Shown: positions 45,825-54,712 of the stretch, one piece after another | Layout: the number at the start of each line of letters is the position of its first letter | How positions within the stretch are numbered: position 1 is the first letter of the stretch | Source of the DNA: Oscillospiraceae bacterium | Lineage (GTDB): Bacteria > Bacillota > Clostridia > Oscillospirales > CAG-272 | DNA: 64,000 bases | Direction: 5' to 3' | Assembly (NCBI GenBank): GCA_015064205.1 | Contig: SVSR01000004.1 | Coordinates: 35,092-99,091, forward strand | Notes under the pieces: generated by a model | Database searches by the model: none | The model's input: the letters and a program-made list of their open reading frames with translations, nothing else | What the model was told of the DNA's origin: nothing | Position numbers and translations under genes: made by a program

Positions 45825-48101
45825 ATGATAATCGAACAGATACATATAGATAACTTCGGAAATCTCCAGAACAAGACGCTTGACCTTTCAAAAGCGCTGA
45901 ATATTATTGAGGGAGCAAATGAATCTGGAAAATCCACAATAGCGGCATTTATTAAATTTATATTCTACGGTCTTTCTGGAAAAAGCCGCGACAAGCAGCT
46001 TTGCGACCGTGACAGATTTTTAAATTGGATGACCGGCTCTGCCGGCGGATATATTGTTCTCAAAGCATATGACTCAAGCTACCGTATTGAGCGCACCGTT
46101 ATCATGACTTCACAGAAAGCAGACGGAAGCGAGAGTAAAAAAAGCTATCGCGAAGGCTGCCAGATAATAAATCTTGCAAATAATTCCCCTATCTCTGGTT
46201 ATTCAACTCCGGGAGATTATTTTCTCGGTGTTGATGAGGAGCTTTTTGAAAAAAGCGCTTTTGTGAGTCAGCCAAGCGGCGCCAAAATTGACGGAAATAA
46301 GCTTCTTGATTCTATTGAAAATATACTTTTTTCCGCAAGCGAAAATATAAACATAACCAAGGCTTTGAAAAAGCTAGACGCCTCGAGAGTTGCTCTTTTA
46401 CATAAAAACGAAGCCGGCGGACAGATATTTGAGCTTGAAGGGGCATGCGCACAGCTTGAAAACAAGCTTGAAAACGCCAAAAAGATAAGTACAGATATAC
46501 TAAATAATGAAAGCTCTCTCAGAGAAGCAAAGAAAAATCTTGAGATTGCATTGCTTAAAAAGGAAAAGCTTAGTAGAGAAATAACGAATTTTGAAAACGC
46601 CACAGTTATATCCCTGTTTGACAACTACCATGCTCTTGAGACAAAGCTTGCAAGGGTTAATGAAAACGTTGACTCTCTGAAAGCAAAATATACACTTGGA
46701 GGATTTTATCCGGATGCCGAGTACGTATCAAGGCTTGAAAAACTTTCTCAGAAGTTAAGTTTAATGAAACAGGAACTGGTGGAAAAACAGATAGAGCTTG
46801 AAGACTTACGTAACAAACTTGAAAAGGATAATAATTCAGATGACGGTTATGATAAGCTCTTGTCCTTGTCAGATACACTCAACTCTCTGAAGCAGAAAAA
46901 ACGCACCTTTGGTATTTTATCTATTTCATTTCTCGCTATTGCGATTATTTTTGCACTTTGCTCTGTTGGCAGTATTGTTTTTGATATACTTTCACAGCTT
47001 GGCGCTGTTCTTATGGTTTCGTCAAGTCTGCCTCTCTTTCTCTTCATTCTGTTCACATGCTTCAACGGCTCGGCTAAAAAGAAGATAAGAATGCTTTATG
47101 GAGAATACGGAGCAGCAAATGAAGAAGAACTTACGACTATACGGGCAAATGCCGAAGAACTCCACTTGAAGAAGAAAGACAAAGAAAGCAAGGTCACCTC
47201 ACTTGAAGAAAGCTACAAGCAGACGCTCGAAAGGCTTGGTGAAGCTGAAAGGGAGCTTGACTCTGAGCTTTCCTGGAAATTCTCAGGATCCTTTGAGGAT
47301 AATCTCAGAAGCGCCAAGGAGGCGGCAAACGAGATGTCGCGGGCTTTAAGCGAGCGCGAAAAGCTTGAGGAAATGATGAAGATGTTAAAAACTCAGCTTA
47401 AGGCGTATGATGAAGAAAAAATACGTGCAAGCTCAGTCGCGCTTGCAGACACGTCCGATGTTGATGCTTCAAATATAGCAGCAAAGCGGCACGAATATGA
47501 ATTCTGCTCAAAAGCTGCCGAAGCGCTTGAAACACGTATACACGAGCTTGAAAAAACGTTGGCTTCACTATACCCCCAATCGGAAAATCCTGCGCGCATA
47601 GCCGAAAAAATAGAGCTTACAAAAAGCTATATTGCCGAGTGCAGAAAAAAGCATGCGGCATATCTCCTTGCAGGCGAAAAGATCGCTGAAGCAGGAGAGA
47701 GCATGCGCGACAGTATATCTCCCAAGCTTGCACAGTTTACGAGCAAGATAATGAGCGAGCTTACAAACGGCAAATACTCTGAGATAGGAATCAACTCCGA
47801 TCTAAAGGTAACCGTTCGTACCGAAAACGGTATGAAGGAACTTGAATATTTAAGCGCAGGTACACAGGATATCGTATATATAAGTCTAAGACTTGCACTT
47901 ATAAGCACTCTATTTCGCCAAACTTCACCAACGGTTGTTTTTGACGAAAGCTTTGCAAAGCTTGATGACACGAGACTTTATCAGATGCTTAGTCTTTTAA
48001 GGATTACGTCCAAGGGCATGCAGTGTATTCTTTTAACCTCGGGCTCTAGAGAAAGAATGCTTATGGATGTATCGTCCGGGTCTTCTTATATCAAGCTATA
48101 A
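45825..48101 (+). CDS. SbcC/Rad50-like ATPase (YhaN-like) with an internal two-helix transmembrane hairpin
   Basis: Walker A GANESGKST, signature LSAGTQD, Walker B VVFDESFAKLDD, long heptad-rich arms. The central segment KKR-FGILSISFLAIAIIFALCSVGSIVF..LGAVLMVSSSLPLFLFILFTCF-NGSAKKK is at nt about 46908-47063. Start taken at MIIEQIHIDNFG. Confidence 0.8.
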   Translation: MIIEQIHIDNFGNLQNKTLDLSKALNIIEGANESGKSTIAAFIKFIFYGLSGKSRDKQLCDRDRFLNWMTGSAGGYIVLKAYDSSYRIERTVIMTSQKADGSESKKSYREGCQIINLANNSPISGYSTPGDYFLGVDEELFEKSAFVSQPSGAKIDGNKLLDSIENILFSASENINITKALKKLDASRVALLHKNEAGGQIFELEGACAQLENKLENAKKISTDILNNESSLREAKKNLEIALLKKEKLSREITNFENATVISLFDNYHALETKLARVNENVDSLKAKYTLGGFYPDAEYVSRLEKLSQKLSLMKQELVEKQIELEDLRNKLEKDNNSDDGYDKLLSLSDTLNSLKQKKRTFGILSISFLAIAIIFALCSVGSIVFDILSQLGAVLMVSSSLPLFLFILFTCFNGSAKKKIRMLYGEYGAANEEELTTIRANAEELHLKKKDKESKVTSLEESYKQTLERLGEAERELDSELSWKFSGSFEDNLRSAKEAANEMSRALSEREKLEEMMKMLKTQLKAYDEEKIRASSVALADTSDVDASNIAAKRHEYEFCSKAAEALETRIHELEKTLASLYPQSENPARIAEKIELTKSYIAECRKKHAAYLLAGEKIAEAGESMRDSISPKLAQFTSKIMSELTNGKYSEIGINSDLKVTVRTENGMKELEYLSAGTQDIVYISLRLALISTLFRQTSPTVVFDESFAKLDDTRLYQMLSLLRITSKGMQCILLTSGSRERMLMDVSSGSSYIKL

Positions 48102-48143
48102 TCAGAGTTTCTTTGTTTTAGTTTACATTTTTTGAAAAATATG

Positions 48144-48172
48144 TTGACAAATAATAAAAAATATGATATAAT
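48144..48172 (+). promoter_or_regulatory. Consensus sigma-A promoter of the glycine riboswitch/agcS unit
   Basis: TTGACA-17 nt-TATAAT. Confidence 0.75.
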
Positions 48173-48199
48173 CACTTCCATAATAGAAAAAGCTAAATG

Positions 48200-48358
48200 A
48201 CGTCTGCAGAAAAAAGCATGGCTTACCGAAGAAGTAAAACTTTCAGGTGTCACCTTTGTGGCAAAGACTGCAGGCCGATAGCTCTCTGGAGAATCCCGCA
48301 CGGGTGCCGAAGGTGCAAAGAAGCGCTTGCTTCTAATCTCTCAGGCAAAAGGACAGAG
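48200..48358 (+). promoter_or_regulatory. Glycine riboswitch (well-formed 3' aptamer, reduced 5' aptamer)
   Basis: 3' aptamer: CUCUGGAGA..GCCGAAGGUGCAA..AAUCUCUCAGGCAAAAGGACAGAG (about 48283-48358). 5' unit: CUGCAGAA..ACCGAAGAAGUAA..CUUUCAGGUG..AAAGACUGCAG (about 48203-48273), lacking the P3 hairpin. Confidence 0.8.
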
Positions 48359-48400
48359 TACACGACCTTATCTTGTTATGGGTCTTTATTTTGTATTTTA

Positions 48401-48433
48401 TTAGCCGGAGTATGCTCTGGCTAATTTTATTTT
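48401..48433 (+). terminator. Riboswitch expression-platform terminator
   Basis: TTAGCCGGAG-tatg-CTCTGGCTAA + TTTTATTTT, 18 nt before the agcS start. Confidence 0.7.
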
Positions 48434-48450
48434 ATAAAGGAGAAAATCTT

Positions 48451-49986
48451 ATGAATCAGTTTCTAAAATCACTTGAAGCTTTCAACAAAGTAATCAATGA
48501 TTTCGTCTGGACAAAAACAGGCGTTTGGTTGCTCGTGGGTGTTGGTATAATCATGACGCTCGTTACCTGTTGCTTCCAGATAACACATCTCGGCCATTGG
48601 TGGAAGCATACAATAGGAAGTCTTTTCAAAAAAGACGTTATCGGACACAGCAAGGACAAAAAATCTATCTCGCCTTTCCAGGCACTTTGTACAGCCCTTG
48701 CTGCAACTATCGGTACGGGTAATATTGCCGGCGTTGCCGCTGCTATCGTAATCGGCGGCCCCGGTGCTGTATTCTGGATGTGGCTTGCCGCATTCTTCGG
48801 AATGATGACCAACTACTCTGAAAACGTGCTTGGTATTTACTACCGCCGCAAAAACAATGACGGCGAATGGTCGGGCGGCGCTATGTACTACTTAGCTGAC
48901 GGCCTTGGCTCAAAGAAGGGCTGCAAGTGGATCGGCAAGATTCTCGCCGTTCTCTTCTCCATTTTCGCTATGCTCGCTTCCTTCGGTATTGGTAGCATGG
49001 GTCAGGTTAATAAGATTGTTGCAAACGTTGCAACCGCTTTTGACATAAAGTCTCTTTCTTCTGTTGTTCTTTATGGCGAAGTAACTCTTTATAACCTTAT
49101 TATCGGCCTCGTTATTATGGCGCTTACGGCACTTATCGTTCTCGGCGGTCTTAAGAGAATCGCTTCCGTTGCCGAAAAGGTTGTTCCTTTTATGGTAGTA
49201 TTCTTCGTTTTGGGAAGCCTTGCTATTATAGGTATTAACTATACTCAGATTCTTCCTGCCTTCAAGGCAATCTTCGTAACAGCATTCAAGCCTATGGCAG
49301 TAGTCGGCGGCGGTATCGGTACCGTTATCGGCAAGGTTATGACTCAGGGCTTCAAGAGAGGTGTTTTCTCAAATGAAGCAGGTCTAGGTTCTTCTGTTAT
49401 GGTACACTCCAACTCCAATATCAAGGAGCCTGTAAGACAGGGTATGTGGGGTATATTTGAAGTATTTGCAGACACAATGATCGTTTGCACAATGACAGCT
49501 CTCGTCGTTCTTACATCCGGTGTTTACGACTTAAATACCGGTCTTATGCAAGAAGGCCTTAGCGATGCAACCCTCGTTGGCAGCGCATTCAATACAGTAT
49601 TCAGCTGGGGCAACATAGGTCAGAAATTCATTGCAATTGCAATGTTCCTCTTCGCATTTACAACTGTACTTGGCTGGTCGCATTACGGAACAAAGGCCTG
49701 GGAATATCTCTTTGGTACCAAAACAACCGTTATCTTTAAGATCATACATATCATCACCATCATCTTCGGTGCTCTTATGACATCTTCTCTCGCATGGGAT
49801 ATTTCCGACACCTTCAACGGACTTATGATGCTTCCTAACCTTATCGGTGTTGTTGTTCTATCGGGACTTGTAATGAAGATCACCAAGAACTACGTTGACA
49901 GAAAAATCAAGAACAAGGATGTAAAGCCTATGCTCTCTGTATTTGAAGACATTCAGGCTGAACATGAAAAAGAGCTTGACAAATAA
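48451..49986 (+). CDS. agcS: Alanine/glycine:cation symporter (AGCS family)
   Basis: SPFQALCTALAATIGTGNIAGVA, SNEAGLGS, about 11 TM segments. AAAGGAG SD before ATG 48451. Confidence 0.9.
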   Translation: MNQFLKSLEAFNKVINDFVWTKTGVWLLVGVGIIMTLVTCCFQITHLGHWWKHTIGSLFKKDVIGHSKDKKSISPFQALCTALAATIGTGNIAGVAAAIVIGGPGAVFWMWLAAFFGMMTNYSENVLGIYYRRKNNDGEWSGGAMYYLADGLGSKKGCKWIGKILAVLFSIFAMLASFGIGSMGQVNKIVANVATAFDIKSLSSVVLYGEVTLYNLIIGLVIMALTALIVLGGLKRIASVAEKVVPFMVVFFVLGSLAIIGINYTQILPAFKAIFVTAFKPMAVVGGGIGTVIGKVMTQGFKRGVFSNEAGLGSSVMVHSNSNIKEPVRQGMWGIFEVFADTMIVCTMTALVVLTSGVYDLNTGLMQEGLSDATLVGSAFNTVFSWGNIGQKFIAIAMFLFAFTTVLGWSHYGTKAWEYLFGTKTTVIFKIIHIITIIFGALMTSSLAWDISDTFNGLMMLPNLIGVVVLSGLVMKITKNYVDRKIKNKDVKPMLSVFEDIQAEHEKELDK

Positions 49987-50014
49987 TTTAGCAATCTACC
50001 CGCTTTTATAAAGG

Positions 50015-50049
50015 CAATGGCTTAACGAAATTAATCCGTTAAGCCATTG
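50015..50049. terminator. Bidirectional terminator (agcS / ynbB-like)
   Basis: CAATGGCTTAACG-aaattaatc-CGTTAAGCCATTG + T run. Confidence 0.75.
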
Positions 50050-50056
50050 TTCTTTT

Positions 50057-51304
50057 TTATTTTATTTCAAGCACTCTCTCTGCCGCTGAAAGTATACCAA
50101 GTTTTCCTGATTCAAACGTAAGCCCACCCTGCATGTATACAGGATAAGGCTCTTTTACGGGCGCATCTGCTGAAAGCTCTATCGATGAGCCTGAGGTAAA
50201 TGCCCCTGCCGCCATTATGACCTCATCGGCATATCCCGGCATCGCCCATGGCATCGGTGCAACAAAGGAATCGATAGGGGACGCGCTCTGTATACCGCCG
50301 CAGAAGGCTATAAGCTTATCACGGCTTTCAAGCTTTATCATCTGTATTATGTCATTTCTCTTTTCGTTATAGCGCGGCTCACACTCATATCCGAGAGCTT
50401 CAAATACGTATGCGGCGTAATGCGCCGTTTTTATTGCCTGAGCAACAATGTGCGGCGCCATGAAAAATCCCTTGTACATGCTCTTGGTATTACCAAGCGT
50501 TGCTCCGCACTCAAGCCCGATACCAACGCAAGTCAGCCTGTATGAAGCAAGTTCAACTGCGCGCTTACTTCCAGCTATGTACGCACCGCTTTCAGCCATA
50601 CCTCCGCCCGGATTTTTTATAAGCGAGCCGATTATCATATCTGCTCCAACGCTTGTGGGTTCTCTTTCTTCAACAAACTCGCCATAGCAGTTGTCAACAA
50701 CGACGTATGCATCTGAAATTGATTTTGAAAGCTTTACAATCTGACCGATCTGATCTACCGAAAGTGTCGGTCGTATCATATATCCTTTTGAGCGCTGTAT
50801 AAACACGACTTTTATACGTTTGCCGTATTTCTTAAGCGCGCTCTCAATGCCTTCAAAGTCAATATCACCGTTATCTTTAAGTGTTACTTCCTTATATTCT
50901 ATACCGAAATCGGCAAGAGAGCCGTTGCCACTCTCACCGCGTATTCCGATAACCTCTTCAAGAGTATCGTATGGCTTACCCGTTACCGATAACATTATAT
51001 CGCCCGGACGAAGCAGAGCTGAAAGACCTATGGTAAGCGCGTGCGTTCCGTTTACTATATTATGTCGTACGAAAGCCGCCTCGGCATCAAAAACCTTTGC
51101 ATATATAAGGTCAAGCGTATCCCGGCCTTTATCGTCATATCCGTATCCGCTCGTTGGTGCGAAGTGCGCTTCGCTCACCTTGAACTCACGGAAAGCGTCC
51201 ATTACTTTTTGTGTGTTTTCAAATGCAATTCTGTCAATATCAGCAAATATCTCCGCCAGAGCCGGATTTGACTCATTATCTATTTTTTCAAGTATCGGAT
51301 TCAT
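50057..51304 (-). CDS. Methionine gamma-lyase-family PLP protein (YnbB / 'aluminium resistance' family)
   Basis: FAPTSGYGYDDKGRD..VRHNIVNGTHAL..SLIKNPGGG pattern, about 415 aa. Confidence 0.75.
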   Translation of the reverse strand: MNPILEKIDNESNPALAEIFADIDRIAFENTQKVMDAFREFKVSEAHFAPTSGYGYDDKGRDTLDLIYAKVFDAEAAFVRHNIVNGTHALTIGLSALLRPGDIMLSVTGKPYDTLEEVIGIRGESGNGSLADFGIEYKEVTLKDNGDIDFEGIESALKKYGKRIKVVFIQRSKGYMIRPTLSVDQIGQIVKLSKSISDAYVVVDNCYGEFVEEREPTSVGADMIIGSLIKNPGGGMAESGAYIAGSKRAVELASYRLTCVGIGLECGATLGNTKSMYKGFFMAPHIVAQAIKTAHYAAYVFEALGYECEPRYNEKRNDIIQMIKLESRDKLIAFCGGIQSASPIDSFVAPMPWAMPGYADEVIMAAGAFTSGSSIELSADAPVKEPYPVYMQGGLTFESGKLGILSAAERVLEIK

Positions 51305-51463
51305 TTAATTTCTCCTTTTAAACACGGCTCTTATTTCCGGCCTGTCCTTTTGCCATTTAATTTTACCATAATATATAAAACCTTGTCAATCAGACAAACA
51401 CAAAAAGCGCCCGGAGGCTCTTATTTTACAGATCTCCTCCGGATTAAAAATATTATATCTCTT

Positions 51464-52171
51464 TCAGCTTTCGCTTATGCCCACTACGTTATCGATAGGC
51501 AGGGACACGACTATGCCTTTAGCTTCACTATGCATACCGCACTTTTCGGTTATCGCCTTCATTATATCAAGCTTGCGCTCATTATCGGCAACTATCATTA
51601 CTATCTCTTTTTCTTCCTGTATATTAAGTCCCCAGGAATTAACGGCATCATTGTCTCCGGCACTGCGGCTGTGAAGTATCGTACCGCCTGCGGCTCCTGC
51701 ACTTCTTGCAGCATTCATTACCTCTTCGCTGAAGCCCTGGTTTACAATGGAAGCTATCATTACGTATTTACATTCTGACATAACATTCTCTCCCTTTTTT
51801 TCTGTCTGTTCTTCTGACTCTTCAAATTGCTTGAGCATTTTAAAAATCAGATTATTAAGTCCTGAAAGAGGCAATGTAAACGCGATTCCGCTTCCTGCCG
51901 CTTCAAGCTTAAGAGTTTTATTTAGCTTAATTAACATTTTATCTGCTGAAAATTTAGGCAGAAAGCTTACAAGCAAACTTTTGTCTACTCCGCCAAGCCC
52001 CAATACGTCAAGCATTTCGCTTGATGCTGTTCCGACAGCACCTATCCTGTACTGCATAGGAATAGAGCTTTCGTCAAACATCTCGCCCGCCTTATCTACA
52101 AGCTTTGGAGTTGCTATAAGAAGCAGTGTTCTGAAGCTTTCGTGCTTTGGTGCTTTAGAAACTTCACTCAT
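51464..52171 (-). CDS. Tandem PII-like (two ferredoxin-like beta-alpha-beta domains) signal-transduction protein
   Basis: Two repeats of a PII-like layout (LLLIATPKLVDKAGEMF..GIAFTLPL and YVMIASIVNQGFSEEVMNAARSAGAAGGTILHSRS..IVMIVADNERKLDIMKAI..GIVVSLPIDNVVGI). Starts 3 nt after the DUF1538 stop. Confidence 0.55.
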   Translation of the reverse strand: MSEVSKAPKHESFRTLLLIATPKLVDKAGEMFDESSIPMQYRIGAVGTASSEMLDVLGLGGVDKSLLVSFLPKFSADKMLIKLNKTLKLEAAGSGIAFTLPLSGLNNLIFKMLKQFEESEEQTEKKGENVMSECKYVMIASIVNQGFSEEVMNAARSAGAAGGTILHSRSAGDNDAVNSWGLNIQEEKEIVMIVADNERKLDIMKAITEKCGMHSEAKGIVVSLPIDNVVGISES

Positions 52172-52173
52172 AT

Positions 52174-53700
52174 TTAGTCCTCCTCTATTTCTACGATATC
52201 GTCTATGTCATCAGGTATCATATTATCAGCTATAACGTCTCGGCTGATCGCATTCTGCTTGATACGGTAATGAACACCCATGATCTGTATTGCTATAAGC
52301 GGCGTAAGCGCAACAAGAGCTACAACGCCGAATGCATCTGTCATTATATCGCCTCCCAGAGCCGTGCATGCTCCGATGCAAAGAGGCAACAAGAAGGTTG
52401 ATGTCATAGGTCCGCTGGCAACTCCGCCTGAGTCAAACGCTATACCGACAAATATTTTCGGGACAAAAAGTGAAAGCACAAGTGCTATAACATATCCCGG
52501 TATGATTATCGCCCTAATCGGAATACCCGTTATAATACGAAGCATTGCAAGACATATACTTGCCGCAACACCTATTGAAAGGCTTCTGTTCATAGCCTTT
52601 GCGGAGATCGCACCGTTTGTAACAGTCTGAACCTGCTTATTAAGTATCTGTATTGCAGGCTCTGCCTTTACTATGTAGTAACCGATAAGCATACCAAGAG
52701 GTATCAGCATCCATCTGCCCGAGCTTGCCGCCAGATCTGAGCCAAGCATTGAGCCGACCGGTGCAAAGCCTATATTTACTCCGCACAAAAAAAGAACAAG
52801 CCCGATATATGTATAGCCAAAACCAACCGTGATACGAAGCTTCTGAAGCTTTTGCCATCTGTGACTGATAAGCTGAAAAATAACCGACATCGCGGCTATC
52901 GGTATAAGCGAAATGAAAACTTCTTTTGCATAATGCGGGATCTGTGAAGCAAATGCAAGGAAGACGTCGCGCATCGTTTCAACCTCTGCAAGCACAACGG
53001 GCGAGTACTCGCCAGAGCCGGGCTTGTAAAAAAATCCGAGAATCAAAACTGCAAGGATCGGTCCGATGCTTGAAAGCGCAACCAGGCCGAAGCTGTCGCT
53101 TGCAGCATCCTTGTCCGAACGTATAGCCGAAAGACCGACACCCATCGCCATTATGAACGGTACGGTAATAGGTCCGGTTGTAACTCCGCCTGAGTCAAAT
53201 GCTACTGCGATAAAATCTTTCGGAATAAAAAACGAAAACACGAGTAATATCCCGTATAGTCCCATAAGCAAATATGAAAGATTGATCTTAAATATAATAC
53301 GCAAAACAGCGAGAGTCAGAAAAATTCCAACTCCCAGCGCAACGGTGAGTATAAGCGTCATATTAGGTATTGCCGGAACCTGATTTGATAATACCTGCAA
53401 GTCAGGCTCGGCAACTGTAATGAGAATACCCATAAGCAAGCTTATCACTGTAATCAAAATAATACTTTTTGATTTTGATACCTGAACACCGATACCTTCA
53501 CCTATCGGGCTCATCGCCATCTCCGCACCGAGCTGAAACATGCCCATTCCGAAAATAAGCATGACCGATCCTGTTATAAACATAACCATCGGCCCGACCT
53601 CAAGTTCTACTAACAGTACGCTTATTATAAAAACGAGCGCGGTTATCGGCAGGACAGCGGACAGGGATTCCGTTATCTTGTTTTTTAATTTTGGATTCAT
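52174..53700 (-). CDS. Duplicated DUF1538-family integral membrane protein (putative transporter)
   Basis: Two homologous halves each ending in ..AFDSGGVTTGPITVPFIMAMGVG / ..AFDSGGVASGPMTSTFLLPLCIG. GGAGG SD 6 nt before ATG 53700; the listed ORF starts 7 codons earlier. Confidence 0.7.
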   Translation of the reverse strand: MNPKLKNKITESLSAVLPITALVFIISVLLVELEVGPMVMFITGSVMLIFGMGMFQLGAEMAMSPIGEGIGVQVSKSKSIILITVISLLMGILITVAEPDLQVLSNQVPAIPNMTLILTVALGVGIFLTLAVLRIIFKINLSYLLMGLYGILLVFSFFIPKDFIAVAFDSGGVTTGPITVPFIMAMGVGLSAIRSDKDAASDSFGLVALSSIGPILAVLILGFFYKPGSGEYSPVVLAEVETMRDVFLAFASQIPHYAKEVFISLIPIAAMSVIFQLISHRWQKLQKLRITVGFGYTYIGLVLFLCGVNIGFAPVGSMLGSDLAASSGRWMLIPLGMLIGYYIVKAEPAIQILNKQVQTVTNGAISAKAMNRSLSIGVAASICLAMLRIITGIPIRAIIIPGYVIALVLSLFVPKIFVGIAFDSGGVASGPMTSTFLLPLCIGACTALGGDIMTDAFGVVALVALTPLIAIQIMGVHYRIKQNAISRDVIADNMIPDDIDDIVEIEED

Positions 53701-53741
53701 CGACGACCTCCACATTCCCACTCAATGTGTACATTGTTTTT

Positions 53742-53770
53742 ATTATACATTATATTTATATAAAGCGCAA
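53742..53770 (-). promoter_or_regulatory. Sigma-A-type promoter of the DUF1538-PII operon
   Basis: Minus strand reads TTGCGC-17 nt-TATAAT. Confidence 0.55.
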
Positions 53771-53975
53771 GAGAACAAAAATTTTTTTACAATTATATAA
53801 TTAAAAACTTTCGATAAAAACAAAAACAAACATTACCAAAAAATCTTTGTAATAAAAAAAGATGAGTGAAACATAATAATAGCACGACGATAAAAGTTCA
53901 CAAAATTTCTGCAAAAAGTTTTATTGTATGGTGAATAAACAGCCTTATAAATAAAATTTGGCAGTTATAAAACGA

Positions 53976-54034
53976 CCGCACCGGTTAATAATAATCACAG
54001 AGCCAAGGGCTCTGATATAACAGACCGGGTGCGG
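53976..54034. other. Nested GC-rich stem-loop in an otherwise AT-rich divergent intergenic region
   Basis: Outer stem CCGCACCGG / CCGG(G)TGCGG. Inner hairpin CAGAGCC-aag-GGCTCTG (53998-54014). Confidence 0.4.
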
Positions 54035-54135
54035 AATGTAACTGATGAGTATTTGTCACAAAACATCATGCAATCGGTCGATAATATAGATTTTAAAAAT
54101 AATAATTATTTATGTATTTAAAAAGGAGAATAACA

Positions 54136-54336
54136 ATGGCTACAAATAAGGCACTTGTTCCCGAAGCAAAGGAAGCACTTGAAAAGTTTAAGATGGAAGC
54201 AGCTAGCGAAGTCGGCGTAACATTAAAGCAGGGTTACAACGGCGATCTTACCTCCAGACAGGCCGGCTCTATCGGCGGTCAGATGGTTAAGAAGATGGTT
54301 GAAAAGTACGAAAACGACATTAAGAACAGCAAATAA
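54136..54336 (+). CDS. ssp: Alpha/beta-type small acid-soluble spore protein
   Basis: ALEKFKMEAASEVGV..GDLTSRQAGSIGGQMVKKMVE is the SASP signature. AAAGGAG SD. Confidence 0.9.
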   Translation: MATNKALVPEAKEALEKFKMEAASEVGVTLKQGYNGDLTSRQAGSIGGQMVKKMVEKYENDIKNSK

Positions 54337-54360
54337 GTACCTCTGATCGAATATAGTTTT

Positions 54361-54388
54361 GCCGCCGTCAAATGACGGCGGCTTTTTT
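54361..54388 (+). terminator. SASP terminator
   Basis: GCCGCCGTCA-aa-TGACGGCGGC + T6. Confidence 0.85.
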
Positions 54389-54451
54389 ACAGTATAATTC
54401 CCACTTTCCCCTCATATTATTAAATGAATGATTATGTTTGGGGTGAACATC

Positions 54452-54712
54452 TTGAAGGATTATATAAGTCAGAGAACCTTAGATCTTGCTGAATATATTA
54501 TAGACAATAAAGCAACGGTCAGAGAGGCCGCAAAAGCTTTCGGTATCTCAAAATCAACTGTACATAAGGACGTAACAATACGGCTGAGATATATAAATTT
54601 TTCTCTTTATAACACTCTAAAAAAGCATCTTGAAACAAACAAGTCCTTAAGGCACATACGAGGCGGGGAAGCCACAAAGCAAAAGTATGCCAATTTAAAC
54701 AAAACCAAGTAG
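54452..54712 (+). CDS. spoIIID: Sporulation transcriptional regulator SpoIIID
   Basis: KDYISQRTLDLAEYIIDNKATVREAAKAFGISKSTVHKDV..RHIRGGEATKQKY. Start taken at TTG 54452 after GGGGTG; the listed ATG 54428 adds 8 unsupported codons. Confidence 0.9.
   Translation: MKDYISQRTLDLAEYIIDNKATVREAAKAFGISKSTVHKDVTIRLRYINFSLYNTLKKHLETNKSLRHIRGGEATKQKYANLNKTK

Noticed and set aside
54395-54451. Sigma-E-type promoter for spoIIID, and a sigma-G/F-type promoter for the SASP gene at about 54035-54100
   Set aside because: I could find partial matches (TCATATT; GAATG-18-CACAAAA). The spacing relative to the SD and start is awkward and -10 matches are poor, so these are not reported as features.
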